NCBI GenBank assembly: GCA_965235115.1
Contig: OZ249445.1
Location: forward strand, 8,246,001-8,310,000
Source: Laetmonice hystrix
Taxonomy: Eukaryota
Reading direction: 5' to 3'
DNA length: 64,000 bases
Shown one piece after another: positions 55,671-64,000 of the stretch. The stretch's first letter is position 1. Every line of letters begins with the position of its first letter. Below the pieces are notes generated by a model, which had not been told where the DNA came from, ran no database searches, and saw only the letters and a list, made by a program, of their open reading frames with translations. The translations under genes and the position numbers were made by a program.

Positions 55671-56209
55671 ACATAGTGAAAAGTTACTGACCATTAACAG
55701 GTCGCATCCAATAGGTGAATTAAAATGTTAATCAGTCTGAAGGAGTGCCCGTCAATCCCATCTATTCCAATCGTCAAAGACACACCCTGGGTGTTAATGC
55801 TTACCTATAGGTCTTCAACCTGGGGTGAAGAAATCCTCCAGATTAAAATTAGAACGAACTGTACGACGTCACTTTTTTGAATGTGTTGGTAGAGATATTT
55901 GAGCAACCCATTCTGAGGAACAAAATCGTTTAATATTATTACAGCCAAGTATTGAATGCAGTCAACGACTTTAACCGTTATAGTGACTAGTCTACGCGGC
56001 CAGTGTCGAACGTTTTCGCATTCAAAGGGGCATTTTATTATGACTGGTGAAGGTTCTTTACTCAACCATTTATACTTTTTAGCAACAGCGAAGGACGAGT
56101 CGAGACAAGAATGCGGTAACCGATTTGGACGTATCGTACCATTATCCGTGTTTTTGATGATTAAAGATTGACGTGGTATTAACTATTGTTTTTGTTTGTG
56201 TTTCTCCAG

Positions 56210-56576
56210 ATCCGACGTAATCCCGATCGTGATGGGAGCCCAGAAGTCGGACTACGTGGCCGCCGCGCCCCCGCAGTCTTTCATCCACGTCGAGGACTAT
56301 ACGTCACCGCGAGATCTCGCGCGATACTTACACAGACTAGATCAGAATGACACCCTGTATAACGAGCACTTCCGGTGGAAGTCGATGGGAGAGTTCGTCA
56401 ACACGAAATTCTGGTGTCGGTTGTGTGCCATGCTGCATGACACCAGCATACCACATCATGTCTATCCAAACATAGAACAATGGTGGCGACGGAATGGCAC
56501 GTGTACTTTGGACCGCTGGGACCGGCCCACCGATCACATCAATGACTGGAAGAAATTTGTCTACTCCAACTTGTGA
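56210..56576 (+). CDS. FucTA: Alpha-1,3-fucosyltransferase (FucTA-like), terminal coding exon
   Basis: Acceptor ttgtttttgtttgtgtttctccAG (AG at 56208-56209). AA from exon 1 plus A gives Lys, so the join reads NGLK|SDVIPIVMGA, completing the GT10 motif in the correct phase. Continues APPQSFIHVEDY..LARYLHRLDQNDTLYNEHFRWK..WCRLC..WW..GTC; TGA at 56574-56576. Confidence 0.95.
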
Positions 56577-56737
56577 TACTTTCAGAGTTAGGAGAGGTAT
56601 TACTCCATATCGGATCTTTTCACTGATGTTTCCCCATGTCCTTCCGATGGCGCTTTCCAAAAACGATCATGACGTTAATAGTGATCTCATGTATGTACAT
56701 GTACATTCTGTAATAGTTGTATCCTAGTTGTATCCTA

Positions 56738-57389
56738 TGTATATATATTATATGTATTCCGTCATAGTTGTATCCCTGAGAGTATATAGGTTTAAGACGA
56801 GAATTAGTGTACATACTATATCATTAATGTTATATTAATATCAAGAGTGTGAAGTTAATTGTTCAGTAATGTTTATAATGTCCAGTGTGAGAATGTAATG
56901 ATGTATCAAACTGTAAGTCCGACCGTAAACCTGTCGATATTTGCAATCTCTGCTGCAAGTCCTACACTTCTATAGAGCCTCAAGATGTGCCCAGGTTGGT
57001 TGTGATATTACCTGTAAATATATTTGATATACAAATCTAGCCCTCGTTGTGTTGAGTCAGTCCTTTGGCAAGAGATTGTTGTTATTTTCTTTAGGTAATC
57101 CACCTACAATGTACATTAGTGAAACTAACGTACTTCATACTGAATGTCAGATTGAAATGTTTTTTATTTATAGGTATCATCTCGCCCATTATGGATCGTA
57201 CGTTTTCCTGTCAGGTTGTTCATTTTCATAGAGATGAAAAAGTTTATTTTTAGTACTCATCCAATACATTTATTGATTTTCCTCAGTTAGTACCTTGTAT
57301 AAAACATGAAGCATAGAGGCACTAAATCTGTATGCATGAAACACTAATAGAATTAGTAATTAGTGATTGATCATTGTGAGATGTACATA
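56738..57389 (+). promoter_or_regulatory. Cluster of four Pumilio-response-element consensus matches (UGUAHAUA) in the putative 3' UTR
   Basis: TGTATATA 56738, TGTACATA 56808, TGTAAATA 57013, TGTACATA 57382. The 3' UTR extent is unknown. Confidence 0.45.
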
Positions 57390-57964
57390 GGACTGAGTGA
57401 CGGGTCAGTGGCGCTTGCCATGTATCAAAGCGTTATCAATAGACGGCTATGATCGTCCCGACACGAGTATTGACGTACATCTCTTAACGTCTGACACAGC
57501 TTACATGCCCTCATCATGCCCTGCTAGAGTTTATGTTCTTTATTACCATAGATCAATAGTGTTAAAGCAATTTTGATCGCGTGTTAGTCTGATGCGAACC
57601 GATTACAGCCTTATCATTGCGGGATAGAACGGGGAGACAAAAAGCGGCGTCGACATAGCAAACTGATAGGGTGTGGCAGCATGCTGGTGAAGCCTGTACA
57701 CGGAGTTAGATAGATATCTAACCTGTGAGGATAGAGAGACGAGTTCTCACCTCGGCTGGTCCCGCTCCGGGTGACAGCTCACAGATAGGAGACGATAACA
57801 TCGTCGGCAAGTGTAAAAATATGCTATCTATGGGACTGGGTGATTAACAAACGCCAGACGGATCAGGGCGCCATAGAAACGTGTCCGAGCAGTATAGGTT
57901 ACGGCTTCTGATTGGTTAAAATGGGGGGGGGGACAAAAATGTGTGCCTAGGGAAGTGAAGAAAG

Positions 57965-58384
57965 GGTTGTATACCTGGAGGTGCGACCAGGTTGTATACC
58001 TGGAGGGGGCGATGCGACCAGGTTGTATACCTGGAGGGGGCGATGCGACCAGGTTATATACCTTGAGGGGGCGATGCGACCAGGTTGTATACCTGGAGGG
58101 GGCGATGCCACCAGGTTGTATACCTGGAGGGAGCGATGCGACCAGGTTGTATACCTGGAGGGAGCGATGCGACCAGGTTGTATACCTGGAGGGGGCGATG
58201 CGACCAGGTTGTATACCTGGAGGGAGCGATGCGACCAGGTTGTATACCTGGAGGGAGCGATGCGACCAGGTTGTATACCTGGAGGGAGCGATGCGACCAG
58301 GTTGTATACCTGGAGAGGGCGATGCGACCAGGTTGTATACCTGGAGGGAGCGATGCGACCAGGTTGTATACCTGGAGGGGGATG
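57965..58384. repeat. 31-bp minisatellite: 12 full copies plus a partial copy at each end
   Basis: Unit GGTTGTATACCTGGAGGG(G/A)GCGATGCGACCA; full units start at 57990, 58021, 58052 ... 58331 (exact 31-bp period, no spacers, few substitutions). Confidence 0.97.
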
Positions 58385-58458
58385 TAACTATACATATCGA
58401 ATGGAGCGGGCTATAAAGTTGATCTTATCTCTACTTCTTTCATTATCATCGTCAGGAT

Positions 58459-58464
58459 AATAAA
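58459..58464 (+). terminator. First canonical AATAAA downstream of the FucTA stop codon (candidate polyadenylation signal)
   Basis: No AATAAA seen by eye between 56577 and 58458; variants AATACA (57263) and TATAAA (57298) occur earlier. Confidence 0.3.
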
Positions 58465-58470
58465 AATTAA

Positions 58471-58543
58471 CTACTGATCCATAACGTTCTACTGATCGAT
58501 AACTGAACTACTGACCCATAACTTAACTATACTGATCCATGAC
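58471..58543. repeat. Degenerate ~19-bp tandem repeat, about 4 copies
   Basis: ctactgatccataacgtt / ctactgatcgataactgaa / ctactgacccataacttaa / ctatactgatccatgac. Confidence 0.75.
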
Positions 58544-61500
58544 AAGAAATCGTGGAGAAGTATCTGCATTAATGGCGTGCGTGCTACCGAGATTATAATA
58601 CATGACGGAAAGTGACGGAAATGGCCGAGGAGGTCCGAGTGGCAGAATACGGTCAGGCGGCGTGGTCGGTGCTCCTGACGCTTGACGTCATGAGTGGCTG
58701 GTTGCACGCACGCTTGTCGGTTGTGGCCGAGGGTACTCCTTGTCCGTGCATGTTTCTTCTTGACCCCAGATCGACATGCAGAAGGGCGGGGCCTATCACG
58801 TGATGAGTGGCGAGCTCTGTCGGCCTAAAGAGAAGATATTGAACTTTCCAGTAGGTATTGATTGTCCCAGAAGTGCATAAAGTACCATACTTAAATGTGG
58901 AATCACATATTCATGTGATCTTTCAAATACCACCATTCTAACAAAGTTTGTTACCGAGGGAATAACATGTGCTTTGTTCTGCTAGAAAAAGGCTGTCGTG
59001 CCAGGAGTGCCGGGCTATCACTCAACGCTACCACCTCCCCCTGATCAGTGTTTACTCGGCATTGTCACGACGATCATGGTTCTTACATCCCATCTTAACC
59101 CGCTACTCCATAACCGGCGGGAAACGAATGGCAACTGGTTATTACTTATGCATGGAGACATGCCATTTCAATTAGATGAACAAATAGCCCACCGCCAAAC
59201 CCCCGCTTGCATATCCGTTACTAATTTACCTCATTCTGGGCGCTCCTTTTTATGGTTATTCTCGATCCTTTCGTGATTAAAAGGAAACCATATATGCGCA
59301 TAATTTTGTATCGCAGTCTTGCACTGAATAATTCATCCGGGTAATTTTTATGCGCAAAAACTGTCCATTTCTGGCTTCTATACAAACAGACAAGCCGTGA
59401 GGTATCTCACAGCGTGCTTCCTGCCTCAAACGTTTCTTCATCACGGCAACAAATTTGCAATTCCCGGCGCAGTGTTCACTTGGAACTAGATACATTCCAT
59501 GTGCCTCGCTGTTGCAATTTCGTCCCATTCATTTCAGCATGGGTGATCGTAACTGTGAATTTGATATGGCGTCGTCGTTCGAAATGCCGCAGTCGCATGC
59601 AGACCTCGCTCTGCCTGGCGTCACTGTGTCGCCATTTCTGACAGTCTGTTCCGAATAAAAGCGCGTGTCCGAGATGAGACCTTTCACGCGTTTTCCGTTT
59701 TATGTATTATTCAAAGATTTGGGAAACAATTCTGTCCCAGTGGAGTAGCGCCGGAGAGAGAAACACAGGCGGCAAGACGACGACTGAGGAAACAACATGA
59801 GAACCTGATGTGACAAAGACATGAAAGCAGCCATGAGCATACCCTAATAATGGCCAAATGTAATTTTCGGTGGTTTACTTAGTCTTTTTGTTGCTAGTCG
59901 CCAAGGAGTTGCACAGAAGAGGGCCCTAGAGCGAGTGTCTTTGACTCGTGGATCGTTTTCAGTAGTCGGAGGGAGATGGATATAATTTTGAAGGTAATTA
60001 GCTCCTTTCTGAGACGCTATAGTCCAGATCGAATATCTTCAGGTAAGTCCTAGGCTGGATCTACGTCCGAGAAAAGTTTAAAAGACTCCTTTCCTTTCAA
60101 GTTCTTCCAGTAGAATATCACGTAAAGATAAATAGTATATTTTTATGTGAATTCCAATTCTATTTGCCCTTTGGTGGACGAACCGGAAATTGTAAATTTG
60201 ATAGTTGGAGCAGAATTACAAGTAGTTATTCTCCCCCGTTTCAATCCACCAGCTGGGAATAGGCATTGTTTAAGCACTCAATTTGCCATTCCAAATCCTT
60301 AAATAATAGCAGCTATTGTATACGGATAATAATAATGTGAATTGGTTGAGTATCGTATTGCTTTGAGGTAATTAGCAATAACGGGATTTTCACCCGGTTT
60401 TCTAACGATGTATAGGTAGGCTTACGAAGGCGCTATAGTGATATTTGCATGTGGCACGATGCCAATCTTGAACGCAGAAATAATTATATCCCTTTGCGAT
60501 ATGAAGAGGGCTCTATTCATTTTAAGGTCGACTTTAATACTTGACGCCAATGGATAACTTTAAGCTACGGTATTGTGATGTGCATAGTTCATGTGTCATA
60601 CAGAGAACAGTAATCCATGTTCCTGATGTTGTCCGTGAGGACACAGCGCCAAAAGTTGTCCAAAAATCAAAATTCCTCCGGCAGGTTCTCTGTCAGGCCG
60701 GTCTGTTCTCAAAAACATCGCCCGAGATGTATTGTTGTCAGTTTGATCTGCCATTGTATGCATTCAACAATAATCTGACGTTTCGCTTTCACATACCCGT
60801 GGAAGAAGGATGGGCAGTTTTAAAAAAGGGTGTCTCAGGTGAACTTCAAAATTCATGAGTGGGAGCAGGGGAAATGTTGTGCCGGATCAGAAGCACTTTG
60901 GGACTCATGAATCAAAATGGATCAGTAATTGACGCTTCGGTTGAAAGCGTTGCTATTACTTTCTTTGGCTACAACCGCCCAAAGTTGTCGATTTCGTCGA
61001 TTGTTTCGTGAATGGTCGATGGTGAGTGATGACCTCTTGACGAGCATTAACGTCCGACGTTCTCAACCTGTAAGTTGAGATGATTTCACTTGCTAACTTG
61101 TCGATCCCCGACCCTACTTGTGATGTCGATACCGGAGACATGGCCCAACACGAGCCAAGAACAATAGTCAAGTGTCAGATAGGGTTTCTCAAGCAGGGAA
61201 GTGTCTCGTTACCGCAAGTTGGCCGAAGATACAGCTTGAAGTTATACTTCTCACTCATTGTGCCTGCATTCGACCGCCGCTTGCCACGGCCGTTTCAAGG
61301 AAACGAAAACATCTCGTTTCACAATTTGGAGGTCGCCTTCTCACTTTGTTTTCGTTGTTTTTCATTTCATTAACTTGGCTTATGTGGGGCATGAAAAGAT
61401 AAAAGGGATGTGAAAATGAACGTGAGGGAACAAACATTGGAAGTTATTGCACCAGCTGTATTTTAACACACTCTTGCGCATTGGGGCAACTGGTCCGTCC

Positions 61501-64000
61501 ATTCAGATTTGTGTGAATGGCGGCCCCTTTACCTGTCAAATTGAAACAAGGCAGCGATCTGTCGCTAGAACGGACCATTCTCAAGGAGGTTGATTTCTGA
61601 AATAGGTCATGCTGTGAAAGATTAATAAAGGCGTTTCAGCTCCACTTCAAGGTAATATTTCCCCACAAAATGGCTAAAACACAACTATTTTATCGTGTGT
61701 TCTTTGCCAGGCACAGATATTTATTTGCTTATTAGTATGAACTACTCGTAGGCTCCTGTCGGCATACAACCGAAAGACCGATGTTGGGACGGAAACTGTC
61801 TGGTTTTAATACTTCTGTTGATTTAAAGGGCCACTATGGCAACTTGTGAAAACACACTAGGTACGGCCAGGGACATGGACCTTTGTTGAGCGATTTCATA
61901 CGCATACCTTAATGCTAGTCAGGACTCGCTTTACGCCTTTAACACCAAATATTCAACAAGGCTCGCGGTGTTAGTTTTATGGACGTCCTTTGGTGGTGGT
62001 CTTCTATTAAAAGGCCATCCTGTACCTAGTATACCGGTTAGAATGACCTTTCACGCGGCAGCCTCATCACTAATCTAATTAGTAGGCTACATGATAGCGG
62101 CTTGGCAACATGCCTTATTTTACGTTATATAGCGCCATTATAATTGCGTCATTCGTTTAGGCTCCGAAATTGCTAAGTAAGCACTGAAGCTCCTATAGAT
62201 CTCCAGGGGGTTATATGATTTAATTAAAGTCGTCCTAATGCATTAACCCTGCACTGATCATGAAATTAAACTGGAAAAGGCGAAGAGGTAGTGAAAAACA
62301 TGATGTGCATCTGGGAAGCAGCGCTTCTCCTACGAATTAAAATCTCATCGATTATTGTTTAGCATCGTTCTACGCGCCAGGGTAATTGCTGACGTACTAT
62401 GGATTATGCCTTTGGTTTGAGCAATTAAGGCCTGCCATGCCCCTCCGTTAGTTTACCCAAGGCATTCACTCGTATCTGCATTCAGCTCTAAGTTAATAAA
62501 TTCCAGTTAAATAGGCCATCTGTTAAACCCGGCGGCTCAGCCTTCTTTTAGCTGGAGATATAGTTGAATAGAATAATGTCTTTTTGGTTCGCAATTGACA
62601 TCTTGCCTAGTTTCTTCATACTACGCAATATTCAACCAGGCATCCAAGCAGCGTCTGGCGCGCAGTGGGACAATGAAAAATACATCAGCTGTATATTATC
62701 TGAGTGTTTGTGTGTGGTGTGTGGCCGTCTGGTGGCCGGTGGTATGTAGAGGGGTCCGGCGGCTCACCGGGCCGCCCGGGTTGGCGGACGGCGGGCTGGC
62801 CGGACGGATGGTCCATGAACACCCCGCTCCACCTCGTCCCGACCGGCTCAGCCCGAGGTATCTATAATCATTTACAATATTAGGCCCCATTCGGCACCAT
62901 TGACCCACAGACGCTCATTCCACCGCTGGCGGCAGGCTTTGGTGAAAACATTTGGATGAGGGACGGGTCTATTTGACGGGGGCTATACGATCACAGGCTG
63001 CCAACCGTCTACATTACACTGCACCCGTGTATGTTAACTGTATGATACGATCATACTTGAGATTCGGGGGTGGGAGGGACGGCCGAGCGACTCCGGCCTC
63101 TAGGGCCGGCAGTCTGACCTCCGTTTATTTTACCCTGACCCACAGTTTGGTCTATGCAGTAGGATAAAGCTAATATTCTGGAACCTGTTTTTTTTCGAAT
63201 TCTTTCGCATATTTGTATTTCTGCACCATTACTACGGCAGGACATTTGCTACTTTCAGCTTTCTTATAATTCTTTCTTCGTTTCTCTGTTTCTGTTTTCT
63301 ACATTTAGGCTATGGTGGAGCCTAGGGTGTTGGACAAAACGAAGTTGAACCCTTAGTTAATTAAAGTGCATTAGCCATTGTTCAGACATGAACTAATGAT
63401 CTTATAATGCACGTCTTCCTTCAAAGCTGGTCGTCTGTTAGGCTGATTAAAATACTTGGTATTCACTGCTCATTAGAATAGAATCAGTCGTTTATAATCT
63501 GATCATATTATTAACGCACCCTGCCCTGACTATAATAACTTAATATTCACAAGAATTTATAGAGCCTGCCTATGTGAGGTCAGAGAACCAGATGTTCTAT
63601 AAGTAACTCAGGCGAGCGTAGACCAGCGATTCCGATGCAAAGCAGTTTAAGCACGATCTTAAGTTTTTACGAACTGGGCCCAAGGTGTAATTCTGCTCCC
63701 ATCTCCTATATAATCTGATAGTTTCCATAAGATGGTCGACCACTGGTAAATGAAGTCTGTTAACTTCTAGATGCTGTATCTCTGTCTACATTGTTCTCCT
63801 TTAGTCTGGTTAATACAACTACACCAACATGTCCCATTGTGTAGGCATTGAAACGGTATTTTGTCGTCCGTGCATTTCGTCATGATGTAATATTAAACGA
63901 TATTGGAAAATGAAAAAGCATCAGTTTTCATTGAAACCGAAATAAAAGTTGGCGGATCGTTTTCAACTTACAGTGTGTGTATGTTTCTCTGTTTAAAGTA

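Larger units (their letters stand above)
38485..56209 (+). other. Phase-2 GT-AG intron of the fucosyltransferase gene (17,725 bp)
   Basis: Consensus GTAAGT donor and polypyrimidine-CAG acceptor; splicing restores the frame across the conserved motif EKFFWNGLK-SDVIPIVMG. Confidence 0.92.

Noticed and set aside
56196-56209. TTG start of the 126-aa ORF
   Set aside because: These bases are the intron's polypyrimidine tract and acceptor; the ORF is exon 2 of the fucosyltransferase.
57965-58384. CRISPR array (31-bp repeat with internal hairpin)
   Set aside because: Units are head-to-tail with no unique spacers, there are no cas genes, and the context is eukaryotic; it is a minisatellite.
57943-58460. 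Repetitive ORFs of 100-159 aa (RCDQVVYLEGAMRPGCIPGG...)
   Set aside because: They arise because the 31-bp unit lacks stops in several frames; no start or splice support and no recognisable domain.
61625-61942. Kolobok-like TTAAAGG...CCTTTAA ends
   Set aside because: Only 7-9 bp of inverted match with two alternative left ends; could be chance.
1-64000. Autonomous transposase, reverse transcriptase, Fanzor/TnpB-like or viral ORFs
   Set aside because: No DDE, RT, RuvC, integrase or helicase motifs recognised in any listed ORF. Heavily decayed copies cannot be excluded without a translated HMM search (six-frame against Pfam/Dfam).

Overview
Eukaryotic, intron-rich invertebrate (probably protostome) genomic DNA; nothing here looks prokaryotic (no operons, CRISPR array, rRNA or tRNA recognised). 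One protein-coding gene is well supported: a + strand GT10-family alpha-1,3-fucosyltransferase of the FucTA (core alpha-1,3-FucT) type. It has two coding exons (37298-38484 and 56210-56576, 517 aa) joined by a 17,725-bp phase-2 GT-AG intron that contains a 171-N assembly gap. The other ~60 kb is non-coding and carries several small TIR/MITE-like elements (4066-4260, 5394-6731, 23550-24012, 33030-33305, 33371-33602), a nested palindrome with four CTCF-like motifs (5872-6165), a TAGGCCTA-rich island (2.8-6.7 kb), a ~131-bp tandem duplication and a 31-bp minisatellite downstream of the gene. Most short ORFs in the supplied track look like chance ORFs. I found no strong evidence for a new protein-based system. 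The best leads are non-coding: the CTCF-motif palindrome, the TAGGCCTA island and a Pumilio-element cluster in the putative FucTA 3' UTR. All counts were made by eye.
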